Shown in pieces: positions 51,161 through 64,000 of a stretch of 64,000 bases of DNA. Source of the stretch: Hemiscyllium ocellatum. Lineage: Eukaryota. The notes beneath the pieces were generated by a model that was not told where the DNA came from, made no database searches, and worked only from the letters and a program-made list of their open reading frames with translations. Both the position numbers and the translations under genes were made by a program. The stretch covers positions 89,085,857-89,149,856 of the forward strand of contig NC_083407.1 in NCBI RefSeq assembly GCF_020745735.1, given 5' to 3'. Numbering within the stretch: position 1 is the stretch's first letter; every line of letters starts with the position of its first letter.

Positions 51161-51397
51161 CCACAACGCCATAAACAAACATATAGATCTAGATACCATC
51201 TATCAACCCCTCAGAAATTGAACAGGAAATGACATCACCAAAACCCCCAGGAACCCCATCGAGGACAAACATATAAATAGAAAGCAGGAGACAACAGCTT
51301 CGTTTCACTTGGAGGTCACCACTGATGATGTTACCCAGTCAGGTAATGAAACATCTGGATATCTAACCTATAGCTCAGCAAGCAAACCCACACCCTA
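51161..51397 (+). mobile_element. 5'-truncated Penelope-like element (family 3)
   Basis: 12-bp TSD AATGGTGGAAAA at 51149-51160 and 51398-51409. Starts with NAINKHIDLDTIYQPLR, resembling the extreme C-terminus of PLE GIY-YIG domains; carries an HHR. Confidence 0.75.
51319..51358 (+). ncRNA. hammerhead ribozyme of a third PLE family
   Basis: CCA-CTGATGA-T-GTTACC-CAGTCA-GGTAAT-GAAA-CATC-TGG. Stem I CCA/TGG, 6-bp stem II; the stem III CG has decayed to CA. Confidence 0.65.
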
Positions 51398-51750
51398 AAT
51401 GGTGGAAAATGATGACAATTTGTGTCTCACTGACAAAAGTTTGCTGTTATGTTATTATTAATTCTGAGGCTATGTGCATTGTTAGCAAGGACAAAATATA
51501 TTGTCCATCCCAAATTGACCTACAGAAAGTGGTGGTGAATCACCTTCATGAACTATTGCAGTCTATCTGACATAGATACGTTGATAGTGCTGTAAGGAAG
51601 GGGGTTCCAAGCTTTGACTCAGTGACAGTGAGGGAACAGCATTATAGCTCCAAGTTAGAATGGTGTGTGAACTTGAAGGTAATTTGTAGGTGGTGACGTT
51701 GATATGCATTCACTGTGCTTGACACTGTAAGTTGCACTTTGGATAGTGCT

Positions 51751-52086
51751 AGGGCAGCATGGCTCAGTGTTAACACTGCTGTCTCACAGCGTCAGGGAAC
51801 TGGATTCGATTTCAGTCTCGGGCAACTGTCTGTGTGGAGTTTGCACATTTTCCCTGTGACTGCGTGGGTTTGCTACAGTTTCCTCCCACAGTCCGAAGAT
51901 GTGCAGGTTATATGAATTGGCCATGCTAAATTGCCCATGGTGTTCAGGGATGTGAAGGTTAGGTGCATTAAACAGGGGAAATGTAGAGAAATACAATAGG
52001 GGAATGTGTCTGGGTGGCTTACTCTTCAAAGGGTTGGTGTGGATTTGTTGGGTCACGTGGCCTGTTTCCAACTGTGGGGATTCTAT
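51751..52086 (+). mobile_element. HE1-type SINE
   Basis: Diverged head and core. Confidence 0.8.
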
Positions 52087-53195
52087 AAAATTCTATGAAG
52101 GAGCTTTGGCAAAGTGCTGCAGTGCTTCTTTCACATTGTATCAACTACTGTCCCTGGTATATGCCCTGGAGGAAGTCAAAATTGGAAGTGTGGGATCGAG
52201 TGCCAATCAAGTGGATCATTTTGAAATGCTTGGAATCAAACAGAAGTCAGGTATTTCACATCATTGTATTCAGCCATGACCAGACGTTGCTGAAGGGCAA
52301 AATATATGACAATGGATGCGAGCAGGAGCTAAAGTGATATTGTGTGAAAAAGGCACATTAATTTGGGGCTTAAGAGTTTACCCAACAATTTGGACATAAT
52401 TGCTGAATACCGCAATTTCAACTTGCCTGGAGGTAGTAGGCAGGACAGGTTTACCATTCAAGTGCTGATTTAATACAATGTAAAAAGCTGTATATGTGCA
52501 TTCCTGGCATTTCAATCCAGTGAATGTTCATCATCCAATTCTTAGTACAGAGTGGCAAGTTACAGAATGGCAGAGGGACCACAGCGAAGGTGCACAGGTC
52601 TCAGAGATGGCACTGCAAGCACTAGTTTGAGAGGTACAGAGCAGAAAGATAGTTCTGTGCTTAGGAAAGATATCGCCTTACCCTCCTCACCTTCTCTTCT
52701 GCAACTAGTGTCGTTCTACCTTGTGTGACCTAGTTGTATGTCATATTCGGTCCTGAGAACAGTGAGTGAAATGCCCACAAGTAACGGCTCCTGTTCTGTT
52801 CCTGACCCTTGTAAGGTGTCACACGAAGTGGAATAGCACGACACTTAATATTTTTAGATGCAACCTTCAGAGAATTTCTAGAATAAAAATTCCTAGTGTC
52901 AGTAAATCTTGATTAAGTGCACTAGAATGTCTGAAAGAGATGCAAAATGCTTGAAATTCTGAGTTTGATATTTTCATAAAACTCAGTGAGGACAGTACCT
53001 TGCTGCTGTATATTATTTCATTTTCTATAACATAGTTGAAATAATTACTCCTTAATTATTGTCCTCCTAAGGTAATATTGTAAATAGATGGCTAGTGTAA
53101 AGAAACACAATCCAGTAAGGGTTATTAATTATGCTATTCACACATTTATTATGTTTGGGAATATTTTAATTTAGCAAAATCTAATTTTTAAGAAG

Positions 53196-54898
53196 TTAAA
53201 AATCTCTCATGCGCCTGAAAGATCCGATAGTTGAGCTGTAGCCTCCCCAGTCACTGTATCTCCTGTATTCACCGGGCCTCATGAAGTACTGTCGCCCTCT
53301 GTAGTTGGGATGTTCATAGAAGATCCAGTAACCATCCATCACATGGCAGGAGTGGATGTCACGGTAACGGAAACGATCGTAGACAGATGGACAGTCATCC
53401 ATGAATTCCATCATCTGTCCTCCAAAGTCAGGCCTCTCGTAAATTCTCATTCTGTAGGAGCCTCCTCGGTACTGGAATAGAAATGAGATGATATTTCTGA
53501 GGAAACTACAAATCCATGTTGAGTACTTTCAGAAAAAGAAAAACATTATGAAGAAATGAATACAGTGAGGCAAGTCGAAGACACCAACAGTGAGAGCAAA
53601 GGTGATATAATTTATTAACATTGACTCAACAGTTCGATTATATTTGAGGTTTCTTTACCAATAACTAGCACCTACTTTGCATGCATAATCAGTGAAGTGT
53701 CTATGAGAGTAGATGAGACTGATATTAGTTGATGCACTGTTAGAGTGGTGCTAGAAAAGCACAGCAGGTCAGGCAGCATCCGAGGAGCAGAATTCCTGAT
53801 GAAGAGCTTTTGCCCGAAATGTCGATTTTCCTGCTCCTCGGACGCTGCCTGACCTTGCTGTGCTTTTCTCGAACCACTCTAATCTTGACTCTGATCTCCA
53901 GCTTCTGCAGTACCCACCTCTGATTAGCTGATGCACACAGACTGAGGTTTAGTAATATCAGTAAAAGTCTAAACTTACTTCCAGTCTAAACTACTGTGAG
54001 GAATCTGAGGACAGCTTTGTCTTTCCTGTAATGTCTTAATTATTTACAGTCAGTGAATGGAGTGTGTACAAATATATTTCTCAACATACTGTATGGAGCC
54101 AGTCTACCTGTAAATGGCATGATTATTTTCTACACTGTGATTATAACAATTTGACTTTTACTGACTGTCTCATTAATGACAATAAACATTTTATTTACAT
54201 CCCAGATGTTCACAGTGTTGCAACAGACTATTGTCAGATGTCACCTAGGAACTAAACTCCATGATTGCACAACAATTGACATAAGATCTAACCCACTTAA
54301 TCTAGCAGGAAGGACAAAATGACAAGGACTGATAATAATTTCAGACATGTGTTGGTGGATCAGTAAATGAGTTGGATGTTTGTCAGGCAGACACTTCACT
54401 ACCTGCTAACAAACACAGGAAAAACTTAAAATCAGACCTGTGGAAACAGGCAATTGTTCTCCAGATCTGATGCACACAAACGCAAATGTCGAGCACACAG
54501 GCCATTTCCAATGTCAGTTTGTGTAGAAAATACAAACCACCAGAAATCACATACCTGTGGGTAGGAGCGACATGACCTGACACAGTCATTGAATCCCATC
54601 CAGCGCTGGTAGTCAGGATACGCTCCCCTGGTCAGAACATACTGGTATCCCATGTAATTGGGTCTCTCATACAGCACCCACCAATCACTCTCAACACGGA
54701 TGGAGTTACAGCGGCTGAAGTAAGGGGACAGGTCGGCACAGTCACTGCTGCACTCATAGTGCCGACCCTGGAAGTTCCTGTCCTCGTAAAAGATGATCTG
54801 TGGGGAAAATGTATTGGTCAGTTAATAATTTCACAAGTCAGACAATTTTTAATGATAAATAACATACATAAACTCTGACTTACCCTTGCCTTTCCCAT
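53196..54898 (-). CDS. cryg: gamma-crystallin gene 4, join complement(54890 or 54884..54898, 54555..54797, 53196..53471), 175 or 177 aa
   Basis: ATGGGAAAG-GCAAGG-GTAAGT gives either a GC donor or a GT donor 6 nt later. Exon 2 ...[10 protein letters not shown]...SCRSYPQ|GTATGT; exon 3 intact. TATA at 54953-54960; AATAAA at 53145-53150. Confidence 0.93.
53738..53922. mobile_element. fold-back PLE mini-element in gene 4 intron 2
   Basis: Inverted arms, HHR core at 53796. 14-bp TSD ATTAG(T/C)TGATGCAC at 53724-53737 and 53923-53936. A paralogous empty site lies near 19395-19408 in gene 2 intron 2. Confidence 0.85.
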
Positions 54899-54952
54899 TT
54901 TGAGCTCAGAGTTAGATTATCACCGAATGATTCACTGTTTCAACCAGTTTGG

Positions 54953-55045
54953 TATTTATACGCTGGGCAGTCTCCCTGGATTGTACTTCTGTCATTGTAA
55001 TGAATTCAATGGCTTCAAATCAGCACAAAACCAGCAAAACAAATG
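54953..55045 (-). promoter_or_regulatory. proximal promoter of gene 4
   Basis: TATAAATA at 54953-54960; CATTGT (SOX-type) near 54993; TTTTGCTGGTTTTGTGCTGA on the minus strand near 55020-55039 (MARE-like). Confidence 0.55.
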
Positions 55046-57454
55046 CCATACATGGTCATTGTAAGGAAAGCTAATTAAGGCACTGAAATATCATTGTGTG
55101 ACGAATGAAAGTCCATTGTGTTTCCAATACTGCACTTGCATTATCATTTTCAAATGGTTGGCATTACACATTCAACTAGGTATGTTTCCAAAAGTTCAGC
55201 ATTTTGATTGAAATTGTCTCCAATACTGGTCAAGAAGCAAATGCACATTTCCAGAACCATTTGCTTTATTCCCAGTGTTTATACAGTGTGCTGCTCTATA
55301 ATTGATTGTACATTTAGATTTCCAGATTGTGCTCTAAAGACCATGAATATTTATCAGCATATGCATCTATCTAGTCGGGTTACTGTAGTATTAAATATTT
55401 GGTTTCATATTGTAACCAGTGTCATTCAGTTGCAGACAATCTTGCGGTTCATTCTAAATTTTCAATTAGCCACATTTCAAGGTCACACAGAAATGTCAAC
55501 ATACAATTTAGGAACAGAGGTAGGCAACTTGACATTTCGAGCCTGCTCCAGCACTCACAAAGCTTAGGGCTGACCTGACTGTGGCCTCAACTCTATCTCC
55601 CCGTCTACCCACAATCACTTTTGTCTGCCTTGCATGTGAAGAATCTATCTTCCTCTGACTTATAAAAAAGTCAATAACCCATTGCTGTCTGAAAAGACAG
55701 TTACAAATATTCACAACCTTCTGAAAGCTAATGATTTTCCTCATCTGATTCTTAAATGCGAGACTCCATAGCTTTACAGTATACACTAGTTCTCACACAA
55801 GATGAAACAACCATTCAGTATCCAACCCATCAAGTCCCCTTAGGATTTTATAACTTTTAATCAGAACACCTCCAACCTTCTAAAATTCAGCTCAGCCCAA
55901 AGGAGAGGACAATGACGCTTTGATTTCCTCAGTGGGGTACAGCGTTATTATACGTTTTGCATTACAATAATTACATGCTACATTATCATTGTTCAATTCC
56001 CCTTAATCTATGCATCCAATCCTGTGATACACTTGATCAATGATGAACACCCCTATGGACAGACCTAATTTCCCCATCATCTCATGATACTTACCAGACA
56101 TTGTAATCATCAGGCCTTGGGATCTTACAATGCATCCCATTAATTCCCATTAATCCAAAATATTCCTTTGGACATTTCCAGACGTGTTTATCTCTAAGGA
56201 CTTCTCAAATTCTGTTATTCACTTTACCCCTATCAAATTCCATTGCTAATCTTATATTTCCCTCTGTCCTAATCACAGGAGATACAAAATGTAGTCAGGT
56301 CTTGCTATAATAGTTAAGATTCACAATATTAGTTCTTTTATAACATTAGTTATATGAATAGTTTTATGTGTACACCTACTGTTAACATTCTTTAGCTAAT
56401 GAACTGTGAGCAGATTCAATCCCACCTGACCTTGGAGTCTCGGTTAGAACCTGCCCCTCTATCTTGCAACTGCATTACAAATCATTCTAGTCACATACTG
56501 TACTGGAGTGAAATTTACTGTCCTTACTCTGACTAACTTTCTTCCTAATAAAAAACATCTTTCTCATTGACAAGACTAAAACTCAATCACTTTCACAGCT
56601 CAATGAACTTGTCTGATCTTTTTAGGAGCCACAATCCCACCCTTATCATCGGTGTCTGTTATTGTAGGATCCTATTTTTCTCTTTAATGCCTGCTACAAC
56701 CTTCAGGCTGTTTGTTCTTAGACATTTCTTATCAAACTGTCTTGTGCAGACCTTTGTACCTGCTGTTTGTGCGGACCTCCCTGTATATTAATTTGTATGA
56801 TTCTTTGTTCAAAATAGACCCTGTTACCTTGAGATACCCCCTTCCTAGAACTAACATTGTCGTAATTATGATGTCATTTAAATGCTGGAACAGGCAAGAT
56901 AATTCTATTACTGCAGCCATATTTATGCCAACACAGGCACTACTGCTGTCATAATTATGCCACTTTGATCAGGGACTAGCTCAACATCATCACATCTTGT
57001 TAGCCTAAAAAAAATGACCTATTTACACTGACCCTCTATCTTTATTTGATAATAAATCCTCAATCCATGGTAAAATGTTACATCCTGAACCTCATAAGCT
57101 CTTATTTTGCTAAATAGCCTGAGATGTTTCATGCCTTTTGAAATTCTAAAGTAAAGGACACCCAACAGTTTTCCTTTATTCATGTTGTTTGTTACTTCCT
57201 CAAATAACTACAATGTATCAGTCGCGCATGATTTTACTTTCACAAAGCCATGGTGATCTGCTTGATTGCATTAGGAATTTCTAATTGCCCCCCAAAAAAC
57301 TCCTTTGTAATCCTTCAAAGAGTTATTTTAGAACACAAAACAAAAGTATAGTAGCGAAGATGGCAATGTGGTTAAAGTTAAAGAAAGGGATCTCGTTTTT
57401 TTTTGTGTGTTTCTAAAAAGAAATGCATTTAACAAGGTTCCATATAATTGACAG

Positions 57455-58275
57455 GATGTAGAGCTGTGCTAAGAAGACGCAGATGGAGTTCAACCTGGAA
57501 ATGTGAGAAGTGATTCATTTTGGAAGGTCAAATTTGAATGCAGAATACAGTGTTAAAGGCAGGATTCTCGACAGTGTGGAGGAACAGAGGGATCTTGGGC
57601 TCTATGTCAATAGATCCCACAAAGTTGCCAGTTAGGTATAGGGTTGTTAAGAAGGCATCTGGTCTGTTGGCTTACATTAGCAGGGGGAATTGAGTTTAAG
57701 AGACATGAGGTTATGCTGCAGCCCTATAGAGCCCTGGTTAGACCACACTTGGAGTATTGTGTTCAGTTCTGGTTACCTCATTATAGAAAAGATGTGGAAG
57801 TTTTTGAGATGGTGCAGAAAAAACTTACCAGGATTTACCAGAAAATATTACCTGGTCTGGAGGGCATGCCTTATGAATATAGGTTGAGGGAGTTTGGGCT
57901 TTTCTCAATGGAGCGAAGAAGACTGAGAGGTGACTTGATAGAGGTGTACAAGATGATGAGAGGCATTGATAAAGTGGATATTCAGAGACTCTTTCCCAGG
58001 GCGGAAATGGCTATCACGAGGGGGCATAATTTTAAGGAGATTGGAGGAAGTTTTAGAGGAGATGTCAGAGGTAGGTTCTTTACACAGAGACTGGTGGGTG
58101 TGTAGAATGCACTGCCGATAGCGATAGTAGAGTCAGATATATTAGGGACATTTAAGGGACTCTTGGATAGGCATACGGATGATTGTAAAATGTAAGGTAT
58201 GTGGGTTCATTTGATCTTAGAGTAGGGTAAAAGGTCAGCATAAAGGGCCTGTACTGCTCTATGTTCTATGATCTA
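57455..58275 (+). mobile_element. CR1-type LINE 3' part
   Basis: [16 protein letters not shown]...RGRFFTQR. Confidence 0.85.
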
Positions 58276-58947
58276 TAATGGGTTATTTTGCAAAATAAGA
58301 AATTAACGTATAGGGACTAACGCTAGTATGGATAGAAGTTTGGGTCTCTGGCAGAAAATAGAGTATTCATAAATGATTTTTTTTCCAGATTGGTAAGGTC
58401 TGTTGAATGGGGACCCATGGGGGTCTTTGCTGGACCCTGAACATTTTAAATTTATATCAAGGAGCATGTTGAAGACAAGGAGGCCAAATTTGCAGATGAC
58501 ACCAACATGGGTAAGAAAGTATTTTAAGAAGTTGACATAACAATGTTGCAGACTGATATTGGCAGATAAAGTGAGCAGCAAAAATATGGCAGATGGAGTA
58601 TAATGTGAGAAACTATGAAGTTATTCACATTGGTAAGGTAAGGATGTCATGCTTCAGTTGTGTAGGTGAGACTACATCTCAAATAATGTGTGCAGTGACA
58701 CCTCCTTATTTCAGGAACCATATAAATACAATGGAGGCAGTTGAGAGGAGGTTTACAAGATTGATAGCTTGAGTGAGTGGGTTGTCTTATGAGGAAGGAT
58801 TGGATAGGCTGGGCTTTTTTTCACTGCTACTTAGAAAAGTGGGGACTGATCTTATTGAAGTTTAGAAGATGTTGAATGATATTGACAGCATGGATGTGAA
58901 AAGAATGTTCTCTCTTGTGGGGAGTTCCAAACTAAAAAATATTGTTT

Positions 58948-59605
58948 TGTGATGGCACTATGCCTTTAAGAGAGATCTGTTCTGTCCTGTTTCTCTTGCA
59001 GAGAGGTTTTGCCCCAGTGATTTCTCTTTCTGACAGCCAGTTGGTAAGCAGCTTTTGAATTTTCCCTGGGGATTTTTTTATAAAGGAACATAAGTAGATG
59101 CAGTCAGGACTCATATAGATCAAGGAAGGCTTTGAGTTTTGCTTCAGTTCAATGAAGATTTCTGCTGGCTGCTTCAAGATGTGCGACTGAAGTCTTAGAT
59201 GAGAGGCTTCCTCTTAAAAATCAAAAGGAGCAAATTATGTCTTTCTACTGCACTGGAGAGAGATAGCACATGAGAACCATAACTGTTTTGCTGGGTGGTA
59301 TTTTTGCTAAAGGGTATATTTGTGTGATGCTGCCTATATTTGAACAGCTAATAATTAATGGTAAAATAGTAATTATCTTGTCAAGTATTTCAATAGAGTG
59401 AAGTTATGGCAATTCTTTATTTCTTTGCATTTTAACTGCGCTGTAAGAACAAAGTGTGGTTTGATTGAACATAGCAGTGAACCAGTTGAATCACATATGG
59501 AACACAGCACCTTCTGCTTGCCTTTAAATGAATATATAAGTTAGGGCCTAGGCTACCTCCTTACAACACTTTGGAGGGAGTTGTGATCTGGTCTGGTCCA
59601 TAACA
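58948..59605 (+). mobile_element. solo LTR (Gypsy/Gmr1-related)
   Basis: TG...CA termini and 4-bp TSD GTTT (58944-58947, 59606-59609). The terminus GGTCTGGTCCATAACA resembles the Gmr1 LTR end. Inserted in an old CR1. Confidence 0.8.
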
Positions 59606-59970
59606 GTTTTACCATTAGGGATTACCTTGTAGGCCAGAGATGAGATGGTTTTTGTTTCCTCTCAGTAGATTATGTTACTTTGAAACTCTCTGTTTCAGAA
59701 TTTGGTGGAGGTGGGAGTCATCAAGTATTTTAAATCCAGATGTAGATAGAAGCTTGTTAGGCAGAGGAATCAAAGGTTTTCAGAACATAAATAGATCAGC
59801 CACGATTGTTTTGACTTCACCTGACAAAGGAGCAATGCTCTGAAAGCTTGTGATTTCAGATCAATCTATTGGACTATGACCTGGTTGTTGTGGGATTTCT
59901 GATGATTTTATTGAATGTCCGAATAGATTGGGCCAAATATCTTAATCCGATCTATTTTCACCTAACACTT

Positions 59971-60702
59971 AGAGTCATAGAGTCATAGAAATGTACAGCA
60001 TGGAAACAGACTCTTTGGTCCAACCCGTCCATGCCAAACAGATATCCCAACCCAATCTAGTCCCACCTGCCAGCACCCAGCCCATATATATCCAAACCCT
60101 TCCTATTCATAAACGCATCCAAATGCCTCTTAAATGTTGCAATTGTACCAGCCTCCACCACTTCCTCTGGCAGGTCATTCCATACATGTACGACCCTCTG
60201 CGTGAAAAAGTTGCCCCTTAAGTCTCTTTTATATCTTTCCCCTCTCACCCTAAAACTATGCCCTCTAGTTCTGGACTTCTCGACCCCAGGGAAACGACTT
60301 TGCCTATTTACCCTATCCATGCCCCTCATAATTTTGTAAACCTCTGTAAGGTCATCTCTCAGCCTCTGACACTCCAGGGAAAATAGCCCCAGCCTGTTCA
60401 GCCTCTCCTTATAGCTCAAATCCCCCAACCTTGGCAACATCCTTGTAAATCTTTTCTGAACCCTTTCAAGTTTCACAACATCTTTCCAATACGAAGGAGA
60501 CTAGAATTGCACACAATATTCCAACACTGGCCTAACCAATGTCCTGTACAGCCGCAACATGACCCCCCAACTCCTGTACTCAATACTCTGATCAATAAAG
60601 GAAAGCATATCAAACGCCTTCTTCACTAACCTATCTACCTGTGACTCCACTTTCAAGGAGCTATGAACCTGCACTCCAAGGTCTCTTTGTTCAGCAACAC
60701 TT
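59971..60702 (-). mobile_element. CR1/HER1-type LINE 3' part
   Basis: [13 protein letters not shown]...FFTQRVVHVWNDLP. Confidence 0.88.
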
Positions 60703-62619
60703 CCTGCTGTTGAAGGCAAAACCTTCACAATGAGTTACTTCCATCAGTGAGCATAGATTTCAATGGTGCTCTTCTCTGTTTTTGCCCACCAGCACAATAT
60801 CACTTCCTACAATTCTGTCCATATACTGCTGGAACAGATCCTGGCTGATAGATAAACCAAGAAGAAGTCTCTGGCATCATCTTCCAAATGGTGTTCTGAA
60901 AGTTGTGATTTCTTGAGGTTGAATTGCCAAGTGAATTGACCAGTACCTATGTATGGCAAATTGCTTGGAGAAAATTTTAACTCCTGTGAATTTGAGATTC
61001 AGTTCAAATAATGTTGAAATTGTGTGTGGGCATATTTTATGGGAAGATTAGGGTCTAAACATACTCTGATCATGTCATATATCTTTATCATGCATGTAAT
61101 AGAATTCATTGGTCTGTTCTGATATGCATGACAGATAACATGATTGTGTTTCATACCAAATATCTCACTCTCAAGCTTCTCTTGTACATGAACATTACAG
61201 TTTTGAGACAGGCAATTGACTGAACTATATCTTTTCTGAGATGCAATACAATGTGATCTTTAAAGTTTTCTGTGATACTGAATCTGTCTGGGTACAATTG
61301 TTATAGTTCCACAGTAACTCAATGTAAGTATTCTTACTTTTTCCTGCTACAATGAGTGTCTTGTTGATCTTGTGAATGGCTACGATATTGGGATCCATGC
61401 GTACCAGTAGACGTGCAGTAGGGCAATGCTCTTCCAACTTTAAATGCCGTTGAAAACTAGGAGGGTCCAAATTTCAGGAACGTCAAAATTCATGGCTACA
61501 TAGACTACAGCTCTAAAAGAAGGAGGGAGAAGATTAAATATGAGGATAATTCAACCGGTAATATAAAAGATCGCAACAGAGGGCAAAGAGAGGCAGAAAT
61601 GGACATTAGACCATTGGAAAATGATGCTGCAGAAGTAGTAATGGGGAACAAAGTCATGGTTCAGAAACTGAAAAAGTACTTTGTGCCAGTCTTCACACTG
61701 GAATACATGAATAATATTCCAAATGTTTAAGAGATTTGGAGTGCAGAGGTGAGTATGGTGGCCATCACCAAGGAGAAGGTGCTAGAAAACCTGAAAGGTC
61801 TGAAGGTAAATAAATCATCAGGATCAGATGGACCACACCTCAACGTTCTGAAGGAGATAGCTAAAGAGATAGTGGAGGCTTTAATACTGATATTTCAGGT
61901 ATCACTGGAGTCGAGGAGGGTCCCAGAGGAATGGAAAATCACTAATGTAATCTCTTTGGTTTAAAAAGAGAGTGAGGCAATTTTGATCTGTGCCACAAGC
62001 TCATTTACCTTATTTCATATATTGCATTCATTCAGATTCAACAGCTTCACTCCTGTATTTACTATCCCTCTCCTCACTGTCATCCCTGTCTCCAGTTTGA
62101 TTGAGGTTAGATTCTTAACCCTTTTGAAACCCTCTAACCTGTTTATGTTCTGGGCTCTTTAATAATGTCTCCTGAGTTCTCTCTTCTTTGCATTTCATTT
62201 CATACTTTTCCATGCAACTGAATTCACCCCCACCTGCTGCTTTGTTTCCCATTAGCCATTATACATCTTGGAGTTTTACCATTCTCTTCGCCCCTCATTT
62301 TTTAGTTTAAAGCCCTGTTGACAACCCTATTCACCCTTTTCACCAGAACATTGCTCCCAGCACGGTTCAGCCAGAAAATGTCCCAATGGTACAGATCCCA
62401 TGAAATGGAACCCCTCTTACCCACACCTCTCCTTCAACCATGTGTTTATTTCCCCTATTCTTACATCCCTAAGCCAATTTGCACCAGGCCAAACCAGGGG
62501 AGAATGCCAAATGTCCTTTCCTGAAGGAGATTAGTGAATGAGATACATTTTCACATCAATCATTAATGCTTTCATGTTCACCATTAGCCCTTTAATTGCA
62601 GAGGTATTGGGCCACAGAA

Positions 62620-63560
62620 CACCACGCATCTAAATGTCTTGGATAAATTTATTGATTGGTTCAGGTCGTAATCTGGAGATTGTAACCCTTGAGGACCTGT
62701 TCTTTAATTTAGTTCCTCGTTCCTGATAATCCCTAAATAGGTCCTCTTTCTTAATCTTGCCAACGATGTTTGTCCTGACGTGGAGCATAACAACTGAATC
62801 CTTCCCCCCTCTTTCCAATATCCTTTCCAGCCAGTTAGAGATGTCGCTCACCCTGGCACTTGGCAAGCAGCATTTCATCCTGCTTACAAAAGATACTATC
62901 AATCTCTCTAATTGTACAATCCCCTACAACTACCACTTGTCTTTTTGCTCCCCCCATTGACTGACCTCCTGTGTCACAATGCTGTAGTCTGCTGGCTCAT
63001 CCTCCTTACAGCTCTGTTCCTCATGCACACTGGAGCAAGTACCTCATCCCTGTTGGACAAGGTCAAGAGCTGATGCTCCTCTGTTCCTGAATACATGATC
63101 CCTCTACCTGCCTCACCTGCAGACACACCCTGCTGTCCCTGACCACTGACTGACTTTGAGGTTGTTAATCTACCAGTTGTGACTACCTCCTGAAACAGTG
63201 CATCCAGGTAAGTCTTCCCCCTCCCAGATGTGCCCACAGTGTTTGAAGCTCAGACACCAGCTCATCAATTCCAAACCGGAGTTCGTCCAATAACTGACCC
63301 TTGCTGCAGATGTGGCCATTGCAGCTCACAATGAGATCTGCCAGCTCCCACACCATACAGCCTCGGCACATCACTTGCCCAGCCGTCTCTACTTAGTTAA
63401 TTAATTTATTAGTCAGTTAATCCTGAATTAGTTGATTAATGTATTAACTAGTTTTGCAGGTTGTTTTCAAATTTAGGACACATTTCTGACAGTCAATCAG
63501 GTCACAGCTCCCCTGTGATATCACTTTTTCAGTTTGCTCCTCTCTGTGTGCTCCTCTTTC
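62620..63560 (-). mobile_element. CR1 LINE 5' end with ORF1 remnant (zinc/leucine-zipper + SGNH esterase)
   Basis: CRGCMVWE...HICSK..LLDELRFGIDELVSELQTL, LTLSNRDEVL, CCLPSARVSDI...VVMLHVRTN. Confidence 0.75.
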
Positions 63561-63620
63561 CGACTCCACTTTCTGGAATCAAAGCCTCGAAACCCTGAGG
63601 TAGTTAGTTTTATACTTACT

Positions 63621-63722
63621 GTTGAGAGTGTATTGCTGGAAAAGCACAGCAGGTCAGGCGATGCTTTTCCAGCAACACACTCTCAACTTTGATCTCCAGC
63701 ATCTGCAGACCTCACTGTCTCC
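63621..63722. mobile_element. very short fold-back PLE remnant
   Basis: GTTGAGAGTGTATTGCTGGAAAAGCA...TGCTTTTCCAGCAACACACTCTCAAC hairpin followed by the PLE 3' end; HHR absent. Confidence 0.7.
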
Positions 63723-64000
63723 TACTTTAAACTCACAGTGCTCTGTGTGCTCCATGTGCTCCTCTCTCTGACTCCTCTCCATGGAAACAAGGCTATGTTT
63801 GGCATGCAAGCAGTCCTGTGTTGTATCTTCACCGGGATGCATCTCATTTTTAGTGCTGGTCCTAGCATCCCTCATGCATGCTTCACTGAACCAGAGTTAG
63901 TCCCCCATCTTGATAATAATGACTGAAAGAGGGAAATGCCAAGCCATGACATAACAGATTGTGTGTTTGAATAAAATTCTGCTAGTGCTGATGGTTCACA

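Noticed and set aside
1-64000. CRISPR arrays, rRNA genes or prokaryotic operons
   Set aside because: There are no regularly spaced direct repeats with unique spacers and no rRNA signatures; the window is vertebrate DNA.

Overview
This is repeat-rich cartilaginous-fish (shark) genomic DNA; the taxon is inferred from HE1-type SINEs, CR1/HER1-type LINEs and the crystallin sequence. The only host genes are a tandem array of four 3-exon gamma-crystallin genes, all on the minus strand. Three are intact (10446-12180, 27792-31432, 53196-54898; 175 aa, possibly 177 aa for the last) and one is a pseudogene (18618-20401). Their exons are 96-97% identical, while flanks and introns fall into an A-B-A-B pattern with a local gene-conversion tract. 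The rest is nested mobile DNA: CR1 LINEs, tRNA-derived SINEs, Rex1-like LINEs, a decayed Gmr1-type (integrase-before-RT) LTR element, a solo LTR, and many Penelope-like (PLE) fragments carrying minimal hammerhead ribozymes (HHR). Four observations stand out. (1) A young fold-back PLE (9497-9984, exact 15-bp TSD) holds a 273-bp copy of the neighbouring crystallin 3' end in its loop, next to an intact HHR. (2) A second, independent capture sits at the same ribozyme-core position (25402-25471). (3) A fossil class-I fusion (Env-like) glycoprotein gene at about 24102-25312 is missed by the ORF track. (4) One crystallin has competing GC and GT splice donors. Alignments and counts were done by eye; repeat boundaries without a TSD are approximate.
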